A DNA stretch of 32,000 nt from Candidatus Scalindua sp. GTDB lineage: Bacteria; Planctomycetota; Brocadiia; Brocadiales; Scalinduaceae. Both the position numbers and the translations under genes were made by a program. Where the stretch lies: positions 3,540,001 to 3,572,000 of the forward strand of contig JALDRA010000001.1 in the NCBI GenBank assembly GCA_031316235.1, given 5' to 3'. A model generated the notes under the pieces. That model saw nothing but the letters and a program-made list of their open reading frames with translations. It was not told where the DNA came from and made no database searches. This document shows, one piece after another, positions 19,882-29,097 of the stretch (its first letter is position 1; each line of letters begins with the position of its first letter).

Positions 19882-21294
19882 ATGGAAACCTATAAAGACA
19901 AACTGGCTCCATGGGAACTAAGAAACAGTTATTATCAGAAAATACAGCTCGGCCAGAATATCGGGTCGGTCAAGGGTATGCTGAAAGATCAAACTTTTGA
20001 AATGATAAAGTCTCGGGTTGCTGCAGCAAATGCCATGATTGCAGACCCGAAAATTGATGAAAGTTCAATTCTTGCATTTGGATATGATTTAAAGAGTTTT
20101 GGAAATGGAATGAACGGACTAAAGGCTGCGTTTGAGTGGGGTATTTCAGATGTAGTCTGGCAGATAGAGTTAAACAGCGGATTTTTAAATGAGTTCACGG
20201 ACGATTTTTATAAAACTTTCAAACCTCAGGTGCGAACTCTATACACTGATGCGAAAGCCGCTTACGGAGATGGCAGTGTAGGGGAGGCTCTGGAGAAGTT
20301 TTTGGAGTTGGATGCTGAGATCTGTTTCGATTTTACCGCTCACATAACAATAGGTATCATCTATTTATTTCATGAGATAAATAAAAAAAAGGCTGCTGAA
20401 TATTTTTATAAGGCCCTGAACTATGTGAGATCGGCTTCCCCTTATTACACAGGGTATGCACTCTTATATACTGCGTTGATAAAACGAGATTATGGTTGCA
20501 TTGAAGAAGCTGAAAGCTGTACGAGGAAAGCCATGGAAATCTGCTCAAATTATACCGAGGCGATGTATCAGAATGCACAGTATAACGCACTCCTCAACAA
20601 GCCGGACATTGCAATTCCGCTCCTGAAAAAGGTGATTAACAGTGATATTGTCTATTATCTGAAAATCAACAGCGAGCAGGATTTTGAAGGGATAAGAACA
20701 GACATTAATAAACTATTTGAGGAGATGAGGGATGGGCACAATAAAGAAGTTGCCAGTGGGTTAAAAGAGTTGAAAAAAAAGGTAGTATCATTTCATGAAA
20801 GTGTGGGCAGGATTGAAAAGTTAGGCTATGATTTACCCGGGACATTTTCTCTTGAATTTCTCCGTGGTCATACCAGTGAAGTGGAGATACTGATAAGCAG
20901 GAATACCATTTTTGACGCATCCACCGCAAAACAGTTTCTTCTGCAGACAGATAAGAGTCTGCAGAAGAAAAAACTTGCACTGAAGGAGAAATGCAACAAG
21001 CTGATAAATGATCTTGAAAACAAAGCAGACAATATGGGGAGTCAATTGGTTGAAGAGAATAAAAGAAGTCCGTTTTTCCGGTTTTTCCTTTATTTCTTTT
21101 CCGGTCAATTCGTTGCTGTTCCAGTTGGTATTTCGTTCGGTATCCCGGTTGGTATATATGCAGCAGAATCTGTTCTCTTTGTTTTGTGTTTTTTTCTGAA
21201 TTTCAGGCGTTCACAAAACGCGTGGAAAGAGGTCATGGCTCTTGAGGAAAAAAAAGAGAATCTGCTTGTGATCATGAGAAAAATCAAGATCTGA
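19882..21294 (+). CDS. Hypothetical TPR-like protein with coiled-coil and C-terminal membrane anchor
   Basis: 470-aa ORF. A TPR-like stretch runs AEYFYKALNYVRSASPYYTGYALLYTALIKRDYGCIEEAESCTRKAMEICSNYTEAMYQNAQYN. The hydrophobic C-terminal segments are FFRFFLYFFSGQFVAVPVGISFGIPVGIYAAESVLFVLCFFL. Confidence 0.7.
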   Translation: METYKDKLAPWELRNSYYQKIQLGQNIGSVKGMLKDQTFEMIKSRVAAANAMIADPKIDESSILAFGYDLKSFGNGMNGLKAAFEWGISDVVWQIELNSGFLNEFTDDFYKTFKPQVRTLYTDAKAAYGDGSVGEALEKFLELDAEICFDFTAHITIGIIYLFHEINKKKAAEYFYKALNYVRSASPYYTGYALLYTALIKRDYGCIEEAESCTRKAMEICSNYTEAMYQNAQYNALLNKPDIAIPLLKKVINSDIVYYLKINSEQDFEGIRTDINKLFEEMRDGHNKEVASGLKELKKKVVSFHESVGRIEKLGYDLPGTFSLEFLRGHTSEVEILISRNTIFDASTAKQFLLQTDKSLQKKKLALKEKCNKLINDLENKADNMGSQLVEENKRSPFFRFFLYFFSGQFVAVPVGISFGIPVGIYAAESVLFVLCFFLNFRRSQNAWKEVMALEEKKENLLVIMRKIKI

Positions 21295-21342
21295 AGTTGC
21301 TCTTTGCAGGCTGGTCTTGAACAGCTCACTGCCCACAGTGCC

Positions 21343-21885
21343 CTATTTCGTGATAGTATCAGATTCCTTTGGCTTTATCCACATTTCGTAAATAGGCAGA
21401 GTGATAAGACAGACGAAACAGGAACCGAGGATATAATATGACGCTATGAGAGAGTGTGAAAATGCATCGGATTTGAACCGTATTAACCAGGGGCCGGATA
21501 AATTTAACAGATTCCCGGTAAAAGCGAGGCTGTATATCGAGATCTTAATCCACTCCCGTGTTAGGGTCATTGAAAAAATACGGGACATAACGAAGGTGAC
21601 AAGGGGGATAGCAAATGCATGAACATGGGTTATTTCAAGGATTTCTCTGTATGTCTTGGGAAAAAGAAAACCCTCCTGTAAAAGCACATCGTTCTGTTCG
21701 TATTCTGACTCCTCGTCATAGACTCCCTCATTGCCGCTATAGTGGTGAAACGTCTTTCTCTGACTAAAGCTTGTTCTTTCGTAAAAGTTCGCACAGGATA
21801 TAAAGAAGGCACATCCCATCATTACGAGAAAAAATGTTATGAACAACTTGTTACTTACAGGTGATTTTGAAAGTCCTCTTGCCAT
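21343..21885 (-). CDS. Hypothetical integral membrane protein
   Basis: 180-aa ORF with about 4 hydrophobic segments and an acidic loop (YDEESEYEQND). I do not recognise a family. Confidence 0.6.
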   Translation of the reverse strand: MARGLSKSPVSNKLFITFFLVMMGCAFFISCANFYERTSFSQRKTFHHYSGNEGVYDEESEYEQNDVLLQEGFLFPKTYREILEITHVHAFAIPLVTFVMSRIFSMTLTREWIKISIYSLAFTGNLLNLSGPWLIRFKSDAFSHSLIASYYILGSCFVCLITLPIYEMWIKPKESDTITK

Positions 21886-21995
21886 ATTTCAGTGAGAGTG
21901 AATAGTAAAACATAAAGAAAAATAGTGCCATCGAGATTATAAACAAATGTATCTTTAAAACAAAGAACAAAAAGTTTTTGTACTCATCTCATTCA

Positions 21996-23615
21996 TTACT
22001 GTTTTTTCTTTAAGATACTTGTGTAGAGGTATTTCAATTCTTCTGACCGTAAGAGTAACGAGACGGCAAGGTATGTAACAACAGCCACAGCCAGAGGTGC
22101 AAAAAGTCTGAGGGATTTAGTCTGTATGCTGCCGTCTCCCGCCGGGAGTTTTGAGAGCACAATCCAACATACAAGAGACATGATGAGGGTCGAAATGGCA
22201 GTTTTCAGTAGTGAGATAAGAATATGTTTCGTGCCTGTGATGTTGAATTTTCTCTGAAAAACAGTGAAGAGGATGATTGTCTGGATTATTGCGCTTATGG
22301 CAGTTGCCAATGCAAGACCTCCTTCCTGAAGAAACCAGATGAGAGTTGTGTTAAGGATAAGGTTGAGCAATACCATGCCGGCGCCAACCTTAACAGGTGT
22401 CTTTGTGTCCTGTATGGAATAAAAGGCTCTTACAATCACGTGTAAAACAGAGTATGCCCATATACCCAGGGCGTAAAATGCGATCACCGTAGCTGTTCGA
22501 TATGTGGATTCAGCCGTAAACGCATTTCTCTCATAAAAGAGTGATACCAAAGGTTTTCGCAGTAGTATTAATCCTATTGATGCCGGAATTCCGATAAAGA
22601 GTATGCCCCTTATTGCCTGGTTGTATGTAAGGGCTAAATTTTTCCAATCTTTCCGGGCAGCGTGGGTAGAAAAATAGGGAAACACTGCTGTAGCCATTGC
22701 TATCCCGAACACCCCCAGCGGGAACTGTATTAACCGGTCACCATAATAGAGGACTGATACGGCTCCTGTTTCCAGGGGATAAGGGATGGATAAGCTGCCG
22801 ATAAGAAAGTTTTCGGTTCCACCGGGGGGTTTTGAAAAGGTCATGGCAATAACACTATCCAATAATACGTTAATCTGAACAGCAGCCAGTCCGAAAATAA
22901 TTGGCAGCATGAGTGCTACAACACGCCTGAAACCCGGATGCGAGAAGTAGAGAGAAGGCCTGAAGCCTACTCCCAGTTTTTTCAATATGGGTAATTGGAT
23001 TCCCAATTGAATGAAACCTCCGAAGAGGATGGCAACGGCGACACCAAAAATCTTTTTTTCTAATGTCTCTCCAAACAGGGGTGTGAACATGAATACCCCG
23101 ATAATCCAACAGATATTTAGCGCAATAGGTGCAATTGCAGGCATGAGAAAATGCTTAAGTGAATTTAAGACAGCCATAGCAAATGCCACCATGCATATGA
23201 ATAAAACATAAGGGAACGTTATCATGAGCAGGTTCAAGACTAATTCCCACTTATGATTGAGTGAAGTTATGTGGGGTACTGTCACAAATGAAATTTCTGA
23301 AAAAACAATAATGATGGAAAGAACAATAAGAAGAGCTGTCCCGGTTACGTTTACAAGTTCCATGGCGCTTTTTTTCTCTTTTGTTTCAAGATATTCAGTA
23401 AATACAGGGATAAAGGCAGCACTTAAGGCGCCTTCACCAAAGAGACGGCGGAAAAGATTTGGTATCTTGAAGGCAATTACAAAGGCGTCCCAGGCAATAC
23501 CGGTACCAAAAAAACTTGCACAGATGATGTCCCTGACCAGGCCGAGAATTCTGCTCAACAGGGTGCAGAGACTGATGGTCTTGGCAGAACGCAAAAAATG
23601 TTTTTTCTCACTCAT
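21996..23615 (-). CDS. murJ: Lipid II flippase MurJ (MviN)
   Basis: 539 aa. The N-terminus SLCTLLSRILGLVRDIICASFFGTGIAWDAFVIAFKIPNLFRRLFGEGALSAAFIPVF is the canonical MurJ signature, and the protein is polytopic. Confidence 0.92.
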   Translation of the reverse strand: MSEKKHFLRSAKTISLCTLLSRILGLVRDIICASFFGTGIAWDAFVIAFKIPNLFRRLFGEGALSAAFIPVFTEYLETKEKKSAMELVNVTGTALLIVLSIIIVFSEISFVTVPHITSLNHKWELVLNLLMITFPYVLFICMVAFAMAVLNSLKHFLMPAIAPIALNICWIIGVFMFTPLFGETLEKKIFGVAVAILFGGFIQLGIQLPILKKLGVGFRPSLYFSHPGFRRVVALMLPIIFGLAAVQINVLLDSVIAMTFSKPPGGTENFLIGSLSIPYPLETGAVSVLYYGDRLIQFPLGVFGIAMATAVFPYFSTHAARKDWKNLALTYNQAIRGILFIGIPASIGLILLRKPLVSLFYERNAFTAESTYRTATVIAFYALGIWAYSVLHVIVRAFYSIQDTKTPVKVGAGMVLLNLILNTTLIWFLQEGGLALATAISAIIQTIILFTVFQRKFNITGTKHILISLLKTAISTLIMSLVCWIVLSKLPAGDGSIQTKSLRLFAPLAVAVVTYLAVSLLLRSEELKYLYTSILKKKQ

Positions 23616-23700
23616 GATAAGACAGAGATGGTAAAGGTGGTTTTGTTTCTCCCCTGCCGTCCCGGGGAGGAAGGAGAAAGGGCGATCCCACAGATATACA

Positions 23701-24342
23701 TTAAATAGTAAGAGAAGTTAATTTCTGTTTGAATTTCCTCGTAGAGATAAAAATGTCTTCTGTGCTTATAATGGCTGAGCACACGGCAACCCTTGAAGCA
23801 CCAGCCTTGAGGATCTGGTCTAGATTGGAGAGGTTTATTGCACCTATGGCAATAAAGGGGATGCTTATCTCCTTTATGACTTCTTGAATAAGGCCAAGAC
23901 CAACGGGAGGTTCCATGGTCTTCGTTTTTGTAGGGAATATGGGGCCTACAGCTATGTAATCAGCGCCATGTTTCTGCGCCAGAATTGCCTGTGAAATATT
24001 GTGTGTTGACACTCCGACAATCTTTTCCGTACCGAGGCTGTTTTTTGCCTCGGCGACACTGCTGTCGAGTTGCCCCAGGTGAATGCCGTCGGCATTCACC
24101 TCCCTGGCAACGTTAATCCGGTCATTGATGATAAGCAATGTATCCGATTGCTCTGTTAACTCACGTATTTCTCCTGCGAGTGAGATAAATTTATCATCGG
24201 ATAGTGTTTTTTCACGTAACTGTATAGCGTCAGCACCACCGAGAATGGCAAGTTCTGCTGTTTCTTTAACAGATCTTGCAGCAATGTTACTGCTGATCAA
24301 TACATAAACTCTTATCTTCGATACAGCGTCCTTTATCGACAT
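23701..24342 (-). CDS. thiE: Thiamine-phosphate synthase
   Basis: 213 aa with the motifs GGADAIQLREK, LLIINDRINVAREVNADGIHLGQLD, GVSTHN, GADYIAVGPIFPTKTK and IPFIAIGAI. Confidence 0.9.
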   Translation of the reverse strand: MSIKDAVSKIRVYVLISSNIAARSVKETAELAILGGADAIQLREKTLSDDKFISLAGEIRELTEQSDTLLIINDRINVAREVNADGIHLGQLDSSVAEAKNSLGTEKIVGVSTHNISQAILAQKHGADYIAVGPIFPTKTKTMEPPVGLGLIQEVIKEISIPFIAIGAINLSNLDQILKAGASRVAVCSAIISTEDIFISTRKFKQKLTSLTI

Positions 24343-24655
24343 GGTGGTTTGTGGTTAAAAAGCCGGACATTTTTGTTCCGTGACCGTGAGACATTTTACT
24401 AGAGTTCATTGTCAACATCAAAAGGATTCTGCTGAAAAAGGTAAATTTCGGGGCTGAAATGTCGATTCCGGCGGAAAAGTTGAAACAGAGTTGCGAGGAG
24501 GGTTTCATGACGACATGTACGGGTGTATATGAATAGAAAACGAAGACAACGGAAACACAATTACATATCAGTTCAGTCAAGTGATAAGAAGTTTGCATTT
24601 TATCATTATCTATCTGCTTGACATGGGTGCAATGAACACGCCTTTTTGATTTGTG

Positions 24656-24683
24656 TTGACACATATAGGTGTCTTGTTATAAT
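24656..24683 (+). promoter_or_regulatory. sigma70-type promoter of purF-purM
   Basis: TTGACA (24656-24661), 16-nt spacer, TATAAT (24678-24683), about 30 nt upstream of the purF start. The -35 box overlaps a small palindrome GACAC-N6-GTGTC (24658-24673). Confidence 0.55.
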
Positions 24684-24714
24684 TTTCAGCTGACAGAATT
24701 GGGTAAAAAAGGAT

Positions 24715-26139
24715 TTGGTTTTGAAAAAAGCAAAAGAATATTGTGGTTTATTTGGGATTTTTGACTGTAAGAATGCGGTAGAAAAGGTCTATTACGGGCT
24801 CTATTCTTTACAGCACCGTGGTGAAGAGAGTGCGGGGATAGCTTCTTCGGATAGCAGGGGAATTGTCCACCATAAAGGACTTGGTTTGGTGAACGATGTA
24901 TTTACCCCTCAGATTCTGAAAGATTTGGACAGGCCCAATGCCATAGGGCATGTTCGATATTCTACTTTTGGTACAAGTGATTATGATAATGCGCAACCCC
25001 TGGTTGTGACCTATTCAAAAGGAGAGGTGGCAATTGCACACAACGGTCAATTGCTTGATGCAGGTAAGCTTCGTGAAGATTATGAGCAGCATGGATCAAT
25101 CTTTCACACTACTTCGGATACGGAAGTTATCGTGCATCTCATGGCGAAACCAAGCCATGTGAAAAAAAAGAATCTCTCCCATGTCCTCAACCACCTGAAA
25201 GGTGCTTTTTCACTCCTGTTTTTGACTAAAGATGAGATGGTTGGTGTGAGGGATCCTTATGGTTTTCGCCCGCTTTCATTGGGAAAAATTGATGGCAGCC
25301 ATGTAATTGCGTCTGAGACCTGTGCACTGGATCAAATAGGTGCGGAGTTCATTAGAGATATAGAACCCGGTGAGGTTGTTTATATCAATAAATATGGATT
25401 GAAAAGCGAGATATATTGTTCTCCCAGGAAGATTCGTCCTTCATACTGTATCTTTGAAATGATCTATTTTTCCCGCCCTGATAGTGTAATATTCGGGGAG
25501 AGCGTTCATATGTTTCGTAAGAAACTCGGGATGCGTCTGGCTGAAGAATTTCCTGTTGATGCTGATATCGTAATATCTGTTCCTGAGGGTGGAAACTCTG
25601 CGGCGTTAGGTTACTCTCACTCTTCCGGTATACCTTTTGAGCGGGGATTTATCAGGAATCACTATGTGGGAAGAACGTTTATTCAACCTGACCAGGGAAA
25701 AAGAGATAAAAAGGTAGAGTTGAAACTGAACGCAATCACGGATGTTGTAAAGGGCAAAAAAGTAGTGGTTGTCGATGACTCTATTGTCCGGGGAACTACC
25801 TCAAGATCAAGATTCAGTCTTTTGCGCAAGGCCGGCGCAAAGGAAATACATGTCAGGATCAGCTGTTCTCCGCTTCGTTTCCCCTGTCATTATGGCATTG
25901 ATTTTCAGATCAAGGATGAATTGATTGCTGCCAATCACTCTATCGAAGAGATAAGAAAATTTCTGGAGGTTGACAGCCTGGCTTATTTGGGTATTGAGGC
26001 AATGCTCGGTTGTACTTCATTGAAAGAGAGTCATTACTGCAATGCCTGCTTTTCTGGAGATTATCCTGTGCCTGTCGGTGATAAGGAGAAGAAAAACAAC
26101 AAAACAGCATCAAAACAGAAAAAGAAGGGTAAGAAATAG
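24715..26139 (+). CDS. purF: Amidophosphoribosyltransferase
   Basis: 474 aa. It has a propeptide followed by catalytic CGLFGIF, then HRGEESAGIA, the PRPP loop VVVVDDSIVRGTTS, and Fe-S cysteines (CHYGID, CNACFSGDYP). It has a TTG start in the track, and an alternative TTG lies at 24721. Confidence 0.93.
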   Translation: MVLKKAKEYCGLFGIFDCKNAVEKVYYGLYSLQHRGEESAGIASSDSRGIVHHKGLGLVNDVFTPQILKDLDRPNAIGHVRYSTFGTSDYDNAQPLVVTYSKGEVAIAHNGQLLDAGKLREDYEQHGSIFHTTSDTEVIVHLMAKPSHVKKKNLSHVLNHLKGAFSLLFLTKDEMVGVRDPYGFRPLSLGKIDGSHVIASETCALDQIGAEFIRDIEPGEVVYINKYGLKSEIYCSPRKIRPSYCIFEMIYFSRPDSVIFGESVHMFRKKLGMRLAEEFPVDADIVISVPEGGNSAALGYSHSSGIPFERGFIRNHYVGRTFIQPDQGKRDKKVELKLNAITDVVKGKKVVVVDDSIVRGTTSRSRFSLLRKAGAKEIHVRISCSPLRFPCHYGIDFQIKDELIAANHSIEEIRKFLEVDSLAYLGIEAMLGCTSLKESHYCNACFSGDYPVPVGDKEKKNNKTASKQKKKGKK

Positions 26140-26141
26140 GG

Positions 26142-27203
26142 ATGGTAGAGTCAACGTATAAAGATGCAGGGGTTGATATCGAAACAAAGAGTAGATTTAC
26201 CCGGGATATCTATGGACAGATGCGCAGGACCTTTGGCCCGAGAGTAATTGAAAATCCAGGGGGATTTGCAGGGCTGTTTTCATTAAACTACCGGTCTGAG
26301 CAATTTTCGAGAAGCTACAAGGAACCGGTTTTAATTGCTTCTACAGACGGTGTTGGTACAAAGTTGAAGATTGCCTTCATGATGGGCAGGCACAATACGA
26401 TAGGTATAGATTTAGTGGCAATGTGTGTGAATGACCTGCTGGTTCTTGGCGGCGAACCTCTTTTTTTTCTGGATTATTTGGCCAGCAGCAGTCTGGTTCC
26501 GGAAAAGTTGAAGGAAGTTGTTGAGGGAATTGCGGAAGGTTGCTGCGAATCCGGCTGCTCCCTTATCGGTGGGGAAACACCTGAGTTGCCGGGCTTTTAT
26601 CATAAGGGTGAATATGATCTTGCAGGTTTTGCTGTAGGTGTAGTTGAAAAAGACAGGATAATACGAGGTGATAAAATTTCACCTGGAGATGTGGTGATTG
26701 GACTGAGGTCAAGCGGACTTCATAGTAACGGCTTCTCTCTGGTACGAAAGGTTCTATTTGAAAAAGCCAAATTGAACATTCACAGCAAAGTTGACCAGAT
26801 AAACGGCAACGTTGGTGATGAGCTTCTTATTCCTACAAGAATCTATGTTCAACCAATTATGAGTCTGTTACGCCAATATAAGATGAAGCAGGTAGTGAAG
26901 GGAATGGCTCATATTACCGGAGGCGGCTTGCTGGAAAATATTCCGAGGATTTTACCCTCCGGTTGTTCAGTTCGGATTAACAAAGGTGCCTGGCCTGTTC
27001 ACAGGATATTTCATGTGATACAGGAGAAGGGAGAGGTTACTGAAGAGGAAATGTACCGTGTTTTTAATATGGGGGTTGGGTATATTCTTGTCGTTTCAAA
27101 GTTTTTTGTGTCTTCTGTTTTAAAAAAACTGGAGAAGATGAAAGAGGAAGCCTTTGTCATTGGAAAGGTTGTCAAGGGAGACAGGAGAGTAGAGATAGGT
27201 TAA
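26142..27203 (+). CDS. purM: Phosphoribosylformylglycinamidine cyclo-ligase (AIR synthetase)
   Basis: 353 aa with the motifs YKDAGVDI, DGVGTK, DLVAMCVNDLLV and GGETPELPG. It starts 2 nt after the purF stop. Confidence 0.93.
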   Translation: MVESTYKDAGVDIETKSRFTRDIYGQMRRTFGPRVIENPGGFAGLFSLNYRSEQFSRSYKEPVLIASTDGVGTKLKIAFMMGRHNTIGIDLVAMCVNDLLVLGGEPLFFLDYLASSSLVPEKLKEVVEGIAEGCCESGCSLIGGETPELPGFYHKGEYDLAGFAVGVVEKDRIIRGDKISPGDVVIGLRSSGLHSNGFSLVRKVLFEKAKLNIHSKVDQINGNVGDELLIPTRIYVQPIMSLLRQYKMKQVVKGMAHITGGGLLENIPRILPSGCSVRINKGAWPVHRIFHVIQEKGEVTEEEMYRVFNMGVGYILVVSKFFVSSVLKKLEKMKEEAFVIGKVVKGDRRVEIG

Positions 27204-27208
27204 ATTTT

Positions 27209-27964
27209 TCAGGAGGCCTGGATAATTCTATTCCTGAAGATACCATGATTGCCTATGATGATATAGACACAAAAACCTAACGGGAGCATGATACTGGGAT
27301 ACATTATAAACAGCACAAGGAGGGTGAGGAATATTCCTGTTATGGTAAATAAAGCAGCAGGGCCGTGTTTCTTCTTCACAACATCAATAACTTTAATGTA
27401 TTGAATCTTGCTTAACATTAATATGCCTAAGACGAAGGTGGCGCTGGGAAGGCATGTTGCAACAGTTTGAATATTCAGATTTACCTTAAGATAGGAATCT
27501 AACAAGATCAAGGATGCAACGGTACCTCCAGCCAGGGTTGATGGTAAGCCTGTAAAATATTTGCTTCTGACGTTTTCAGTCGTGATTTCTGCTTCGAACT
27601 TTGACAGTCTGATCACGGCACACAATGTGTAAAAGAAGCAAACAAACCATATAGCCACATGTGTGTCGAAAGCATCTATGCTGCCAAGGAGGAACGCAGG
27701 CACCAACCCAAACGTGATCATATCTGCAAATGAATCGAAATGCCCTCCCCAGGCTACATTTGATTTGAGTAGCCGTGCGAGCTGCCCATCAAGACCGTCA
27801 AATACCATTGCTGCAATGACAAGCCAGGCTGCGGAAGAGACCTCTTTATGCATGAGTAAGACAATTGCTCCAAAACCACACGCTAAATTACCGGCAGTTA
27901 CAACGGAAGGCAGATAGTTTTTTAATTTCATTTTTAACATAAATTTAACCGAAAATTTTCTCAC
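27209..27964 (-). CDS. pssA: CDP-diacylglycerol--serine O-phosphatidyltransferase (CDP-alcohol phosphatidyltransferase family)
   Basis: The motif DGLDGQLARL...GGHFDSFADMITFG matches D-x2-DG-x2-AR-x8-G-x3-D-x3-D. It is a polytopic membrane protein of 251 aa, and internal ATG starts are possible. Confidence 0.85.
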   Translation of the reverse strand: MRKFSVKFMLKMKLKNYLPSVVTAGNLACGFGAIVLLMHKEVSSAAWLVIAAMVFDGLDGQLARLLKSNVAWGGHFDSFADMITFGLVPAFLLGSIDAFDTHVAIWFVCFFYTLCAVIRLSKFEAEITTENVRSKYFTGLPSTLAGGTVASLILLDSYLKVNLNIQTVATCLPSATFVLGILMLSKIQYIKVIDVVKKKHGPAALFTITGIFLTLLVLFIMYPSIMLPLGFCVYIIIGNHGIFRNRIIQAS

Positions 27965-28199
27965 AAAGGTTGTTTTAGATAGATCGTTTTAATATGAGCT
28001 AAATTCATGCCAAAAATGATATTCAGCAGGAGCAAATATCCTGAATTATTGTAAGTACCTTTTCTTTATCTGGTTAGTGACAGAATAAGATCCTGAATTT
28101 ACTTTACTGGAATCTTTTCCATGCAGTTGATGCAGGAAAAATACTGCACAAAATCAGGGTGTGTACTGCACATACGGATTGAGCCCCTGCTGGGAGAAT

Positions 28200-28411
28200 G
28201 GGTACTCTCTCATTTTGGTATTACTGAGCTTCTGATTTTGTGCAATCGAAAAATCAGGATTTTACGCAGATTCATGCCCTGAAATTTCAAAAGCCGTTTT
28301 ATACTCACTGCATAGTGGTTTTCGGATAAAATCCGAGATAAAATTGAGCGAGTATACCTTCACCAAGATCTGGTTTCCGGTAAAACCGAAAACCAGATCA
28401 GTTTTAGTATA
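28200..28411 (-). repeat. Structured intergenic repeat, copy E (module B at 28215-28299 plus inverted module A at 28300-28411)
   Basis: 28300-28411 is the reverse complement of the copy D sequence type, from TATACTCACTG to GTTTTAGTATA. 28215-28299 aligns with 16721-16808 in the same absolute orientation. The copy ends 38 nt before the nth start. Confidence 0.82.
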
Positions 28412-28449
28412 CAATGAACAGAGAGTTCAAAATTTAATTCGACTGAAAA

Positions 28450-29097
28450 ATGGAAAACATAGACGTCATTATACAGATTCTTGAAAAGGAAACTAAGAGT
28501 TATATTGTACCAATTGTTACGAAAATATCAAAGGCGAGAAATCCGTTTAAGGTGCTTATCTCATGTCTACTCAGTTTAAGGACCAAGGATCAGGTAACAG
28601 CAGAAGCTTCAGTGAAATTGTTTCTTCTTGCTGACACTCCCGAGAAAATGCAGAAGCTGAGTGCTGCACATATTGAAAAGGCTATTTATCCCGTTGGATT
28701 TTATAAGACAAAAGCGAAACGGATAAAGGAAATATGTCGTACATTGACAGAAATTTACGGGGGGAATACACCGGATGAAATTGATGAGCTTTTAAAATTA
28801 AAGGGGGTAGGCCGTAAAACTGCGAATTTAGTAGTTACATTAGGATATGGGAAACTTGGAATATGTGTCGATACTCATGTCCACAGGATCTCAAACAGAT
28901 TAGGTTTTATAAAGACGAAGACCCCTGAGCAGACAGAATTTGCTTTAAGAAAGATATTACCAGAAAAATACTGGATAATCTACAATGATCTTTTAGTATC
29001 TTATGGTCAAAATGTATGCAGGCCTATTTCACCAAAGTGCAGTAATTGCAAATTATTCAAGTATTGCAGGAGAGTGGGAGTTGAGAAGTTTCGGTGA
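28450..29097 (+). CDS. nth: Endonuclease III (HhH-GPD DNA glycosylase with a 4Fe-4S cluster)
   Basis: The motifs are LISCLLSLRTKD, the HhH segment LKLKGVGRKTANLVV, VDTHVHRISNRLG, and the C-terminal cluster C-x6-C-x2-C-x5-C (CRPISPKCSNCKLFKYC). Confidence 0.9.
   Translation: MENIDVIIQILEKETKSYIVPIVTKISKARNPFKVLISCLLSLRTKDQVTAEASVKLFLLADTPEKMQKLSAAHIEKAIYPVGFYKTKAKRIKEICRTLTEIYGGNTPDEIDELLKLKGVGRKTANLVVTLGYGKLGICVDTHVHRISNRLGFIKTKTPEQTEFALRKILPEKYWIIYNDLLVSYGQNVCRPISPKCSNCKLFKYCRRVGVEKFR

Noticed and set aside
23649-23669. A GC-rich hairpin, CTCCCC-N9-GGGGAG, between thiE and murJ, considered as a possible terminator
   Set aside because: No U-run follows on the transcribed (minus) strand. It has a 6-bp stem with a 9-nt loop. 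thiE and murJ are more likely co-transcribed or separated by some other signal.
24343-24714. I looked for a TPP riboswitch upstream of thiE (minus strand) and a purine riboswitch upstream of purF (plus strand) in the 372-nt divergent region.
   Set aside because: Neither the TPP core (CTGAGA ... ACCTGATCTGGATAATGCCAGCG-like) nor the purine-riboswitch core could be found on either strand by eye. cmsearch would be needed to be certain. The 125-aa ORF 24287..24664 covering this region overlaps the thiE start and looks spurious.
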